Assembly (NCBI GenBank): GCA_026025075.1
Contig: JAPEUI010000021.1
Location: forward strand, 62,001-126,000
Direction of reading: 5' to 3'
Length of the DNA: 64,000 nucleotides
Source of the DNA: Vezdaea acicularis
Lineage: Eukaryota
The notes under the pieces are model-generated. The model was not told the origin of the DNA. It ran no database searches and worked only from the letters and a program-made list of their open reading frames with translations. Shown here piece by piece: positions 45,652 through 58,745 of this stretch. How positions within the stretch are numbered: position 1 is the first letter of the stretch; the number at the start of each line of letters is the position of its first letter. A program made the position numbers and the translations under genes.

Positions 45652-48600
45652 CTACATGAGAACGCACTTCGAGCTCTTCTTCTCTTTCTCGGCCTTGATC
45701 CATGCCCGTTTGACATCTTCCCAACTCTCTTCCTTCGAGGCGCTCTTTCTTTCCTCATCTTTACCTCGCTTTAGTTTGCCCCAGCCGCGTCTTTTATTTG
45801 CTTTTAGATCCTCGGTGCTTTTCGATGCTGCGCCGGGCAGGTAGATAGAGCCTCGTCCCCTGCCAATTAAGTGAGAATGTTGTGACGCCACACTGTGAAT
45901 AGTATCAAGTCGCAGCAGGTCAGGCCTTAGCGTGAGATTTGGCGTGCTTGCCGCAGGAGATCGGGCGGACGGTGATCGGGTCCCTGGAGACAGGTTCCCT
46001 GGAGACCGGTTCGCTGAGGATCGGCTTCCTGGGGATCGTGTTGCTGGGGATGTATTTCGCGGATGCAGCGCGTTTCGTAACGAGTCATTTGGTGGGCCTC
46101 CTCTCTGCGAAACCTGCTCCACAGGCCCATACCCTGAATGCCGCCTGCTCTGAAATCCTTGGTTGGTCTGTGGACTGCCAACAGGAGGAGCGTGTGGTAA
46201 CCCTGTAGGGGGCGACCGTGCATGCACTCCTTGTGCCAAACCTAGCACTGTAGTCCGAGTATAGCCTCCTTCGGGGTTGTATACTCCGTAGCCTGAAGAT
46301 GGCCTTGCTATGGTCGGTCGAGGTCGGTTCAAGTCATTAGAGCCTGAGTATCGTCTTTGAAGAGCTGAGATTTGTTCGGGACTTGGCGGCACTGGGGTCA
46401 CTGATTCATTCCCAAGGCCGGGTTGTAAGCCTGAGGAGGAAGAACTTCTCTCGTGGTTGAAAGATGGGAGGGATGGGAGGTTTTGTGACCCTGACGAGCT
46501 AGGTGGGGAAGGAGATGTTGCGCGGTTGACGCCACTTCTGAATGTTGAGGATGTTGGCGAAACGTGAGCTTCTTGAGGTAGCTGACTTGTTTGAAGGCTC
46601 AATGCCTGTGAACCCCGAGATAGCAAAGAACTGTTTACTGGTCGTCTTGGAATGCGATATTCCGATACATGCGATGGATGATTTTCCGCTGAAGGTTGCA
46701 GATCGGGCTGCGACGAACTTGCGGCTGTACTGTCATTGTCCTTGTCTCGACTTGGAGTGCTTTCGAGTTTTCTACCTTCCACTAATGACGCTGAAGGTGA
46801 TGACGGTGAAATAGAAACCTCTCTCTCCAAATCCCTGGCTCTTATCGAATCAGACCCGTAATCACGTTCAGATCGACCTGCTATATCTGCTGTGTCTACT
46901 GTATCTGTCGTATCGAGTGGCGTCGCGTCCATCGTGTCCAATATATCGTGGTTTGCTTGTCGATCTACCTCGTTGCTACTGCGGATTTCTTGCGAGTTGA
47001 CGGTCAAGGTGCTAGAGACCGCCGAGCTCGTTAATATAGATGTCCGCTGTATTCCTGTCTCCTGTCTCATGTTTGTGGAAGAGGCAGCCCTTGGGGTTTG
47101 CGGTGGTGTTATCCGGTATAAGTCATCTTCAGCGTCTCCCAGGTCTTCCGCACTGACCTGAAACGAAGGCGACACTGGATGGTCCACACTTCTAGGTAAA
47201 GACTGAGGAACCGGAAGTCTTGGCACAGGAGGCAGTGCATCCTCATTTCCTCGAGAGCTTTGACTTTCGTCATTAAGTGCTCTTCTCAAACTGAGTCTCC
47301 GCTCCCTAAAGCTGTTTCCAGCTCGCTCTATGGTTGTACGAGTCCTTTGTAAGGCGTTGTAAGTCATACCCTCCAGCGATGTCTGGGCACGGACCGGTGT
47401 GGACAGGGGCTCTCTTGCTGTTCTTTGTAAGGGCTCGGTCCGACGGGGCAGGAGGGACATTATCAAGTGATCTGGAAGTGGCTGATCGGCACTCTCTGTA
47501 TAGGGCGGAGGTGGCGGCACCCAGTTATCTGCGTCACTTTCGTGCGGCGGATCTCTTCGGCCGCGACGATACTCAACACGGCCGGATGAAGGAAGGGGTG
47601 GCATGTTCCGTCTATTCGCTGCAGCAGTCGTAGCAGCACGCTGCAGGCTTGTTCCTGAGCGCGGGTTGTTATGCGTATACGGTCCGTCAAGCGCCTCTCT
47701 TATCTCTTCGTATGATGGATCACCATCAGCTACCAAAGGAGCCGTTGGACGCTGATGAGTGGACGTAGGAGGTACAAGCACATTTTGGCGGGGCATAGGA
47801 GGTACCCCAGGTGCGGTAAGGTAGTTACGTGCAGGAGAGTCGCCTGGTCGAACAGTCGAAGCTCTAGCCATTCCAGAATGACCAGGGCCGCCGAGACCAC
47901 CCCTTTTCTGCGCGACGGTCCGCCTCCGGACAAGTGCTACCTCTGTCTCAAGGTCTCGTGTTTCCTCTTCGAGAAGTTCTGGCGCAACCTCACCAAGCTC
48001 TATCACTATCTCACGTTTGTTACCGTTGCGAATGCCAACACCGAAGTCGTATACAATGATACGGCCACCGTCAAGAGGGACAACCTCCTCATCATCGCAA
48101 GGGGAATCTGAGTTGTGGATCAAGCCCGGTGCAACAGCGACTAGCCGCTCACTAGCATTAAACTCATGTTTGCGTTCATGATGTGATACCCATTGAACGG
48201 CTGTGAGACCATCTATCGTCGACATTAGCCGGCCTTTAGTAAATACGTTGCGGAATTTGTCACATAGGACTTGCCATTGAGGCAGCCTTATAACGCCAAG
48301 GTCTCCGCGAGTTGGAGATGATGGCGTGCCTGTGGACGCAGAACTACTGTTTGCGCCGAAGTTGCTAAAAGACGAGGTGGCCATATTGCCATCTCCTTGG
48401 GACCCACTCCCTTGGCCAGATTCGGGGGTGAGATCTAAATTCTCAGGTACGCCATACAAGTAAATTTCCCTGCCAGCAAAGCCAGACGCAACTATTTCGC
48501 TTTTGTCATTCGATGATGGAAGAGTCGTAGGTATTGCAACTCCATCCATGAACTGAGTAGAGAGTGGACCAGTGAAGTAAGTGGTGCCATTCCGTAGGTC

Positions 48601-49880
48601 ATCCACACGGACCGCTCGGAACGTTTCAAAAACACGATCATGAGTGAAAGCCCAGCTTGTTTCTCCGTCTGAAGACCTCGGAAGGAGTGTGGCGTGACTG
48701 CAGTCTCGGCTGTTGTTGGGAAAAAGGATCGAAGTTGTCCACATCTGGCTCAAAAGCTCTGAAGCCTGAATATCTTCGCCCCCTTCGTGATAGTAGGGAG
48801 CCGATAAAATCACAGTGTTTGGATTCGGTGAATGTAAGGTGGTACCCAGAAGAAGTGTTCCATCTTCAGAAAATGAGAGGGAGTCCACAGCATCGCACTT
48901 AACAGCACGTCTATCTGTGGACAAAGCATTTGGTGCTAATGAATAGACCTCAATACCACCATCGTATGCTGCTGCCAAGACTGAGCCTCCTGGCGAAAGG
49001 GCAATTGTTCGTGGAGGATTATCCAAAGGAACAGAGCGAACATGTTTAGCGCGTGTTCCAGTCAGATTGTATATATTGACTTGGTGATCAGTCGAAAGCA
49101 CCGCCAGTATTGAGGCATCATCAAGTATGGCAGCCGCTACAGGCCGCCTCAATACCTTGAATTCTCGGGTAACCTTGACATCAGAAGATGTGGTGCTCAC
49201 GAGATATATACGAGATGAGCTGAGTGCAAGCACAAAGTGTCCGTTTGACGAAAATGCAAAATGAAATGCTTCGCCTCCCGGAAAAGCTGATGACGAGCTG
49301 ACAGAAGTTGATACGAGTTTGACCAGCGTCTGAGCTGGGCGAAGAAATGTATCAAAGAGGTTTCTCTTGACTTCAAGGTAGAAGAGTCTTTGCAATTTTG
49401 GAAGATCGTTACTCGTAAGTGATTCGTCTGTTGATAGGCCGCGTATGGCATAAGACGGGCAGCGAGCCAGTTGGAAAGCATAGAGCTTGTGGTTTCGAGA
49501 GACCCGGCGCCACTCTCGATTCAGAAGCACCAGAGAGGCAAACGCATTCGGGTCAGACGCATATAACACTCTATTTGAAATTTAGTGATCAGTTTCGGCG
49601 TGAATGAGATACTTTAGAGGAAGGCTGGTGTCGCGGCTTACTGTTGAATGATCTCTTCTGGCAGCCTCTCGAACGCTTGCTTCTGACGACGAGACAGTTC
49701 ATGACTTGCTACTGGTTTTGAACATCCCACACTGCCCTGAGACTTGCTCGATACCGAGTGATCTGATATTGCCCTGCCATGCGCTCGGGCCGTATCGTGT
49801 CCACCAGATGGATCGAGGATCGCTATACTGTCCCTAGCTACACCTTGGTCCAATTCTCGATTATCTTCTTGCAAAGCCAT
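45652..49880 (-). CDS. F-box protein with a WD40/YVTN-like beta-propeller and a long disordered C-terminus (intron 49573-49640)
   Basis: F-box-like FERLPEEIIQQ|VLY..LVLLNREWRRV and propeller-like repeats (FAFSSNG, IALSPGGSVLAAAY, LSFSEDGTLL). The protein ends in CVLM, a CaaX-like box. Confidence 0.85.
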
Positions 49881-50436
49881 GACATTAGTCACATAGGAGC
49901 TAATACAAACAGAGCTTGTCCCATTTTACTAGAGGGTAGCGGACAGGATAATCTCACGATGTCGACTACCAGCGAAACTCGGCTGTAAGTACGAAGTGTG
50001 GATCAGAGGACAATCTACTACAGCACTAAGCACCGCCAGCTACTCGCAATTGGTGTTAAATACCACAGAAATATATGACGGGTTTGGCGAGCTGGTGATC
50101 GAAGTGAGAAACGCATTGATATAGAATCGGGCGCCACAAGTGTCGGACGAAACCAGAGCGTCGGAAGCAGCCGACCTTCCTATGATGACCGAGATCTAGT
50201 TCCAGCTTTTGGCGCTCGGCGAACCCAAAGCCGATTGGGGCAAAAATTTCTAACCGCCACATCCCCCTGGCTAAATAGCCATCCACGCAAGCTAGTTATC
50301 TCCATATCATTGTATCGTGCCAACATCCCATAATCCAAAATATATATATATCTATCTAAAGTTTTCACATACAATCATGTACATGCACTCACGAGCAAAT
50401 ATCAGAGGTACACTTTTCCTGGCAGCAAGGCATGAT

Positions 50437-52269
50437 CTATAAAGATCGCCTCATGCTAATAACCTCCCACATAGCCCGAAGGACAGCAACTCCTCCAGCC
50501 TGTGTTTCGACCGTCCTGCCCCTTCCCCTATCGTTAACATCCCGTGCCATCATCTCATTCCTTTTGAGCGTGCTTTTTGCCCCCATATAACTTTGCGGTA
50601 AGGAAGATTGCTCATTTGCATCACAATTCTCATAATCAAAACCGCCAGCAGGCACATGGCTCTTAATGTCACCAATATCATCCTCCACATGCCTACCCCA
50701 CCACATTCCATACTCTCCATTCTCGTCTTTCGTCTCATAGGCAGCTTTTGCATTATGCGCAATCCAAGCGCCGTACATCGCACATTTCTCATGGTGCATA
50801 AGGTCAAGAGACGGATCCGCAGCAAAGGTTCGTCCAGGGATAAGTGCCTTATCTGGCAGGGGCGCGCAGAAGCTTGCAAGATGATGGAAGAAAATGCTCT
50901 TGAAGACCTGCCCATTTTGGGTGCAATAGGCACCGGAGTCGCAAATCTCTTCCAGCACTCCAGATCGTCCTAGACCTGCCCAGGCCGAGCTGCTTGGCGA
51001 TTTGGATGAGAGATCCCATCCTGTAGCGGCAATTACGGATTCGATCAAGAAATGCGCATCTTCAAGAAAGCTGATCGCCCCAGTACTCTCCCACAGCCCC
51101 CTCATACCAGACAGTAAGACGCCCTGGTTGTATGTATACACCATTTCGTTCCGCTGGTCGCATTTCGTGGAGTTCGAATCATCCTCATGCCAGCCGTGAA
51201 TGTGAAAACCATCTACGAAGAGCTCCTGAGTATTTGTCATGTTGCTTGTCATCAACCATTTATAGGCCTTCAGCGCCGCTGCGAGATATTTTGGGTCGTG
51301 TGGTTCCGCAGGAGGCAATTCTGGTGTTGGCGTCGTAAATGGTGATGGGTTATCATCCCCTGGGAAGTAAAGATACATGCTAATACTTGCAGATATAAAA
51401 AGCTCATTCGTGATTGCGTTTTTATAGGGTGCTAAGTAGGGGCTCCACAACATGCCGCCTCCACATAATGCTGTGTCCCAACCTTTTGAAGCTAGATCCC
51501 AGAAAACCCTCGCCCGATGCGCGAATGGCGGTATAAACTGTGTGCCATACCAGGCAGAATAGGAATGGGGCTCTCCTGTAGATTTTCCTAAGGATTGGTC
51601 ATTGTCATAGTGCAATGACGAATGTAGGTTGATGAATTTGATGCTTTCGAGCCACCCAAGCACTACCCAAAGCATATCGTCGTATGCTTGTGTGCGGAGG
51701 CTGAAGTGATCTTGTCCGTAGTAGAATGCAATCAGCTGTGAGAAGTATCTATTGACGAGATCCTCATGCCATTTTGCTTCGTCTGGCAATGTGCTCGCCT
51801 CGGAGTGAGATCTTAACGGCATAAGGTATTTCAAAGTAGCTGATATAGTCATCAACGATGCAGACAGGTGCGTGCCCAGAACAGCTGCAGTCCAATCTAT
51901 AGAGCGAGGCCAGGTCCCTTGCCATATTTCAAAGTAATGGGATTGCATAGTATCCAGAGCAGTAAGAAACTCATGCATGACTCCGTGATAATGATGCCCA
52001 CCTCTTACGGGTGTAGAGGGAAATCGGTCATTCATGGGAACCTGAGCATGACTGCTTCCCCACCCGTCCCCAAAGCTATCGATGATGGTCTCGAGGCCCT
52101 CACCATGTTTGTGATGCCGACTGCCGAAAGAATTCTGGTCGCCACTTGGGTTCTCTCCTGGCAGAGAACCCAAAATCGATAGCCCTGAGATATTCGTAAC
52201 CATGTATAGAAATATGACTATGATACGTGCATAGCCAATTCCAATCGAGGCCGAATTTCGGATGATCAT
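50437..52269 (-). CDS. Glycoside hydrolase family 76 (alpha-1,6-mannanase-like), secreted
   Basis: AYDDMLWVVLGW catalytic DD motif, CGGGMLW, YKNAITNELF, YTYNQGVLL, FKSIFFHHL, and an N-terminal hydrophobic segment. The start codon is uncertain. Confidence 0.9.
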   Translation of the reverse strand: MIIRNSASIGIGYARIIVIFLYMVTNISGLSILGSLPGENPSGDQNSFGSRHHKHGEGLETIIDSFGDGWGSSHAQVPMNDRFPSTPVRGGHHYHGVMHEFLTALDTMQSHYFEIWQGTWPRSIDWTAAVLGTHLSASLMTISATLKYLMPLRSHSEASTLPDEAKWHEDLVNRYFSQLIAFYYGQDHFSLRTQAYDDMLWVVLGWLESIKFINLHSSLHYDNDQSLGKSTGEPHSYSAWYGTQFIPPFAHRARVFWDLASKGWDTALCGGGMLWSPYLAPYKNAITNELFISASISMYLYFPGDDNPSPFTTPTPELPPAEPHDPKYLAAALKAYKWLMTSNMTNTQELFVDGFHIHGWHEDDSNSTKCDQRNEMVYTYNQGVLLSGMRGLWESTGAISFLEDAHFLIESVIAATGWDLSSKSPSSSAWAGLGRSGVLEEICDSGAYCTQNGQVFKSIFFHHLASFCAPLPDKALIPGRTFAADPSLDLMHHEKCAMYGAWIAHNAKAAYETKDENGEYGMWWGRHVEDDIGDIKSHVPAGGFDYENCDANEQSSLPQSYMGAKSTLKRNEMMARDVNDRGRGRTVETQAGGVAVLRAMWEVISMRRSL

Positions 52270-52740
52270 GATGCTTGTGTGGTAATCTTGGCATACATTG
52301 AGCACAATTGAGAATTCAGAGTTGATGTCGTATCCTCGAGCTGTGGCTTATAATCTTCTGGCAGAAAGGCATCTGAAAGGACAGTACGGGTCCTCGAGAG
52401 GTCGGGAGAAGGACAGGCTTCCTCTATTGCCAAACATGTCTTAAAATGGAATTGGGGAAAGGCTGGAACCCATGAGGCTTACTCACGAGACCGCTTCGTG
52501 AAATTCAGACCCAAATTGTAGCAAGTGGGTCTAGGTATTGACTAACAAAGGAGGTATCGCCGCAGCAAAGGCTACGATGGTCATTCAGTGACGAGGTCTT
52601 CTGACTCGGCTAGTGGGTGACAAGAAACCAATCGGATGTGCCTCTCAACCGCGATGGAGAGTCGCACCTCCGCCATATAGAAAAGCCACCAACGAAGAAC
52701 TTTGAATGGTACCATGAGAGCAAAATCCAAAAATAGTTAA

Positions 52741-52838
52741 TGACAAAGGTGTGATTCGAACACACGAGGGTTGCCCCAGTACGATGTCTGCAGGCGATGG
52801 GCCTGAACGTACCGCCTTAACCGCTCGGCCACTTTGCC
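52741..52838 (-). tRNA. tRNA-Leu(CAG) with a 17-nt intron (52785-52801)
   Basis: Minus strand: acceptor stem GGCAAAG/CTTTGTC, discriminator A, D-arm GCCGAGCGGTTAAGGC, anticodon stem GTACG/CGTAC with loop TT-CAG-G^T, a long variable arm and GTTCGAATC. An oligo-T terminator lies just downstream. Confidence 0.95.
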
Positions 52839-53363
52839 CTAAACACCAAAGTATGGCATTATTATATTATATGTATTAATGCTCACCTCCGTAGAGATCT
52901 TCCCTTCATGCAAACACCAGTGTACCCCAGTGAGAATATACCCAGTTTCACTATTCACGGATTTGGTATTTCTAAGTAGTTATCAATCTCATTTGTGCAT
53001 GCAGTAATTGGGCAAAGTTAAGCTTTTCATTACGGGTGTCTCCTGGCTGGAAGCTAGACAAATGAATAACAGCACTTTTATCCATGATGTTTCTTTTCTT
53101 CGCATTGTTCCGGCCGCTTAAATAGGCTCTGCAGACTACTATCAGCCATTTTGGTGCCCTCTTCTGGATGAATTCAGCATACTTACCTCGAATGGATTCT
53201 TCGAGCTGCCGGCAAGTCTTATTGGCAGAACAAGCCGGCTGCCAATTGGGGCGAAGCTTGTCCTCTGGGGCGCTCTTGGCTACTGCAGCTCCATGAAGGA
53301 CAGAACTAGTAATTGAGAAGATCCTTTCAATGAAACTTTGTCACGTTCTCCCTTCTAATCGGC

Positions 53364-53890
53364 CTATTCCTCTTGATTGCCTTTCTTAGTTTCATCTGCG
53401 CCAGGACTCCTACTTCTTGCACGTCCACTACCTCCTCGACCACTTCTCCCTCCCCTTCCGCTACCTCTAGTGCGAGCTTCTGGAGGAGGCCTTACAAAAG
53501 CGAAGTCAACTGCAATGGTCTGGTCGAGAAGCTTGGAATTGTTCGCGTCATCCACAGCAGCGCGCGCTTCTTCTAGTGTTGGATATTCGATAAGAGCGTA
53601 TCCCTGCGTTGATATTAATTTGAGCCTGGGACGAGTGTCGCGCAAACGCAACGCCTTGAACATACCTTTACGTATCCTGTCCTCCTGTCTAGATTCAGAT
53701 GTAGATTCTTGATCTCCCCATATTCGCCAAATTTGTCGTTGAGGTCTTCTTCATTCGCTTCCTCATGGACATTCGTCACGAGCACGATCCAGCCTTCAAT
53801 GGATCGGACTGCTTGAGCCCCGGACTGTGTATGTGTGTCCCCACGGCTGCTTTTACTTGGCTGATCGATATCCATAGCAGTTTCTGCCAT
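53364..53890 (-). CDS. RBM8A: Exon-junction-complex RRM protein Y14/RBM8A (1 intron)
   Basis: [52 protein letters not shown]. Confidence 0.95.
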
Positions 53891-55775
53891 GATAAAACTC
53901 TTTGTCGAATTTCGGGAACTATGGTAAACTGTCAAGCGTCCTCAAGGTCAAATATACGGTTGTGTTGGCGAATTATTGTCTTCCAACCAAACACAGAGTA
54001 CGATCCGTTTGAATCACAGATTCTGGTAATGCTTTAAGTTACTTGGCATCTATTTTAGTGTAGCTGTAGGTTACTAGGACCAATATCGCTTCCTTTGAGT
54101 TGAAGATGAGGGATTGGCGTTAGATGCACAAATGAGAAAAGGCATATGTGAACGCGATCGTGAAGGTGCGCGTTAGGCAGGCAGTAAACTAGTCTTGATG
54201 TGGAACAATTGCAGGCATCACAAGGGGTAGGAGCAGTAGGTAGTAGTAACTAATATGTGTCAATATGCCATTGAACACTAGCAATCCATGGCCAGTGTTT
54301 CCCAATGAGTTCGTCTGCAGCATGTCACGTGATGCCGACTTGGTGTAGTGTCTGTTGACAACATTCATTGCTTGCAAACAGCTCTAGGTAAAGATCAAAT
54401 GGCTGTACTGGCTTGTGTAACTACTAATTTAAATTAAGGAGGAGGTTCCTATGTCTAGCAGCTAAGCGCGTTGGCTTTAGTCAACCAGCTTAGGGGCAAC
54501 CCTTCCAACGGAATCAGCGAGGTCCAGGTCAAAGACCGAGCGTACTCGTGACATTTGAGGTGTAGATAGAGCTAATTGCCCTTGAAAAACGAAATGTTAG
54601 AAGGAGGCCTTTTGGGTCCAAAGTTCGAACTTGCTTCTCACTATATCGACCAGAGAGAGAGCTCAAAGAACGGATGGGTTTCCAGATATCGAGATCAAGG
54701 AGGTCATATTGCAGCTACTGCTCCTGTCAAGTAGCTGGTTGTCACAGACATCGGATAATACACCTGTAGTCCTGAAGATATACTCTCCTGATTCCCGTTT
54801 CGTCTAGGCTCGTGCCCTGCGTGCTACCAATCTATTTGGAAAATGATTAATTTTGAAGGGCCCCTTTTCTCGCACCTTTGTATTTATTCATCATCCACTT
54901 GGGCCGTCCTTTGCAAGAGACAAAAGTATTCGTGTAAAGAGGGAGGACTGAGTAAGTGGCTGAGTAGACGAGTCCTTAATGACTCCTCATGTATATGATG
55001 TCAACGAGAGCGTCCAACGATACCTGTCACGACACTCACAATGCCACTTGAATAAATATTTCGATCCCCTTTCCGCACACAACTTGCATCTGACATTGTA
55101 GGATTTTCATCCAGCACCTCGACTTAGAACTATTAAGTCCTTTATTCAGGTGGACCTGTATGGGAATAGCAGCTTGATTTTCAGATAGAGGAGACCTGTT
55201 GGACGAACAACAAAGACTCACGTGCAATCTACAGAAGTTTTCTTTTCATTGCTATCGTGAGACGAGAATGAATGATGATAATAGAGACGACCAACCATTT
55301 ATGAACTTACAGGCAAGCGGCACGCTACAATAAGGCTGCTTAGGCTCAGTGCGCCCGTGATGAAGATCGCGCTAGCATATTTTCCCTCCAGACACCATCA
55401 GTGATCATTCCGTCAGCAGTCACTTGCTTGCAACCAGTCCGACTCACCAGAGCTCTGCCATCCAGATCTAGGGTTGATTATCGTTGACGAGTATATAAAG
55501 ACGTGGGGTGTGCGAAATTCAGAGGTGATGCAAATGTTAAGATGTACTCGTTGAAGGAGCCAAAAAGCTCAGCTGCTCTCGCGCGCCAGATTCGATTCAA
55601 CGATTGCCTTAAGGCTCGAAGCAGCGATTCAGACATGAGTGGACTACATTCGATAAGATCCGTTGATGAGTGTAAAAGGTCCATGTTCTAGGAAGATTGC
55701 CCAAACCAATGATTGGGAATTCTTATAGCATGAATTGGGAGCGGGAAAAGACTTAGTCTTGGACAACACCACAGA

Positions 55776-57315
55776 CTAGGCGTTTATCCCAGTACCCATT
55801 GCCAGATCACCACGTCGCTCAGGAACGAATGCGTACCTTGGCAATCTAGCCATCTTCTCCTCCGGGCTGGTCTCATTGTCTGAATAGACGAGCCTCATCG
55901 CTTTATCCTTCTTCTTCTTTTCCGCAACCTCAACAGGCCTATCCGTTACCTTAGCTGAGGCTTTTGTAGCGGCTTCCTCGGCGTTCCTCGCAGCATCAGA
56001 AACTAGATCGTCAATCGAAGTAGCGTTAGTAAAGCTATGGCGGTCAAGCTCTGAAAGGCTACGCCTTTGTTGATCTTGACCATTCGAGTTGCCCTCTCCC
56101 CCATGGGTCTGGGGCCACGCACTAGGTACAGACTGCGTTGGAAGTGGCTGCCCTTGGTGCATTTTTTGCATCTGGAAAGCATTTACTGATGGCGGAGTAA
56201 ATGATGGACGTTGTGGCAATCCAAGCACGGCGGGTAGGGGGAGAGCGGATCTATGACCCACCGATCCATTTTGAGGAGGTGTAGTCAGACGTGGTGGCTG
56301 GTGATTCGGTTGGAATGGTACTGGTGGTGAGTTGGCTTCATAATTCCGAGGTGGCCCACCCTGATATTGAGATGGAAATCCAACGGGGCCGGGTGGTGCA
56401 TACTGGTGACTTGGTTGAGGCCCTAGCAGGGGAGGATATTGCTGACTAGGCGGGACGGGATACTGCCCGCCATGGTGCTGAATACCCTGCTGAGGAGGAG
56501 GTGGTGATGAATATGCAGGCTGTGGCTGATACGGAGCCGGGTGCTGATTATAAGGCTGAGGATAAGACGCATAGGTAGAATTGTCGGGTAGAGCTCCGTA
56601 AGGCTGTTGAGCTTGAGGATAGGGTGGAGAGCCAGCCTATGCAGTAAAGATACAAGTTAGCAACCTGTTTAATGTGATTTTTAGTTCTTACTTACGTATA
56701 TCCCCGGGCTCTGGCTAATACCAGGACTCTGATTTCCATGGGAAGTCGCATTTGGAGTGCCGCCACCACTGCTTCCTCCTGCTGCGCCTTCAGCGACTCT
56801 TGCTTTATGTTCGGCAAGTCGCTTCTTTAGTTCTGCAGGTGACTCGAATTTAGGCTTCTTTGGACCATTTCCACCAGAAGCTCCTGGGGGCGGATTGCCA
56901 GTTGCAGCTCTCCTCTCTGCCTCAGCTTGCTGGAGCTGGCTTAAAACTCGTTGGTTATGGGCTTGAAGAACATCATCTGGGATTCCCTCCATTCCGAAGA
57001 TCTCCACATCAAGGTTCGACCGATTTGGTAGAGCATTCTCGACGGCCGTTAGATTCTCTTTATGAACTTGATTGAGATGCACGGACAGGCCTGACCTAGC
57101 CATTAGCAGAGAATCCAGATTGCTTTATAGGATCACATAGTTTACTCACCTCCAGCAGTATTCAGCCTTCTGCCACATCGGTCACACTTGAAGTGTTTTG
57201 CTTTCTGATGAGAGATGAGAATCTTCAGATCATCAAAATCGCGCTCACAATAGTAGCACCACGGCCGAGCTAAAATCTCTTCAGCATCGGGGTGGTTTCT
57301 CTTCTTCTTGCCCAT
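55776..57315 (-). CDS. ZNF207/BuGZ-like C2H2 zinc-finger protein (2 introns)
   Basis: [66 protein letters not shown], a Pro-rich middle, and C-terminal [20 protein letters not shown]. Confidence 0.92.
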
Positions 57316-58745
57316 ATTGAACTAAAATCTCCTGCCTGAGCGCGTATACAGGTGAGAAGTGCAGGGTTGTTCGGGGATTTTCTTAACTTCGGCGTTCCGA
57401 GGATGTCAGTATGTTCATGAACGTGAAAGGGAGCCGCTCGGTCAACTCCCAGTGCTTAGCGAGAGCTACGCGAGTGCCGATTGACCTTTCCTCGGCTTGC
57501 TCCACATCTTTCGGCATTTCACAGATCAGGAAATAAAGACTCCACAACTCAAGGGTCGAGGGAGAGCACCTCACAATATGTGTGCACAAGCAAGAGCAGC
57601 TGGAGATGTGTAATAGTGAATTGTTCGACTCTCTACACTCTAAGCTTTCTTCCGCAGACTATATGAGTCAATGCAGCGCGACGCAGCAGTCGCTGGACTA
57701 CTACAGCCAGCTCTTTCTTAGGAAAGGACCATGAACTTCTTTCGCGTCTTGCGTTAGAATTAGTGGGGGCTGTTGGCATATCATCATTTGGTTTTTCACA
57801 CCATGTGAAACCCCAATAAGACTGCTAGAAGAATACGGGACCTCCATAGTTCGCTATCCTTTGCTCGTAGAGCACTCACCAGGGTTGCGACTCCTTGTGA
57901 GCCTACATTTACACCTCGGTTAGATCAAAATCTTGATTGATCTTTCCTTTGGACTCTTGAGGCATCCCGGTAATCCATACACGGATGTATACTTCAATAT
58001 ACCATCACATTACAATGAAGACCAGTGTTCGTAATGGTAGCTCATGCTTCATCGATCATTCGAAGTCTGCCATCATATCGTGATATAGCCAGTCCCTTCA
58101 GGTCGATCTAACTTTCATCGTCCTCACGTCTTTAGCCGGGACTTATCTGAAAATAATCCTGGGCGGTGCGGATCGTGCTATAGCTCCCTTATGTCGGTGC
58201 CAGATTGTCAGCAAATTGGACAATCGTCTTGACGTGTGAGACAAGAAACGTAGCACTATGCTCGAGGTCAGACAGATATCACGAAGCAGGCTGAGCCAAA
58301 ATGATGTGAGGAATTTGAGCCTTCATATAGAAGTAAGGAAGAGGGAAATTGTCATGGCATAATGTATCATGCCAACGGAGCTCAATGGAACCTGACCACC
58401 ATAAAGCTCTTAAGGACGTGACCGCTCGAATCAAGAGACGTCTGTCTTCCCAGCTAATACAGCTCAAGGTTTATGATGAGAAACGCTTAAGCCAAATTTT
58501 CCGAATCTGGGTCATGATTCAACTTTCTATGAGAAGAAGGAGCAAACATGCTCGGGCCTTTTCTGCCACTCGCTTCAGCACTTTAGGTATTCGTGGTCAC
58601 CGTAGCGTCCCTATCGTAGAAAAGTTCTGACGAAAGGAACACCAGAGTGAAAGTCTAAGTTTCTAGGATAGTATGTCAGAACCTAGGTAGACTGACTTGA
58701 CTGTCGCGAATGTTGTTTCCCGATGTTTGATAATACAAGCCTATC

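Noticed and set aside
52741..52838. tRNA read as a UCA (Sec/opal suppressor) tRNA or as a reassigned CUG-Ser/Ala tRNA
   Set aside because: The stem GTACG/CGTAC fixes the loop as TT-CAG-G^T, so the anticodon is CAG. It has U33, G37, discriminator A73 and C3:G70 rather than G3:U70, which is ordinary leucine identity.
54400..55700. Possible gene relic between Y14 and ZNF207
   Set aside because: Only short ORFs with no recognisable motif in the frames I read, so I cannot support a call without BLASTX.
57700..58630. Possible pseudogene or short ORF (58349-58630) upstream of TIM50
   Set aside because: There are frequent stops, a non-ATG start in the ORF track and no recognisable homology.
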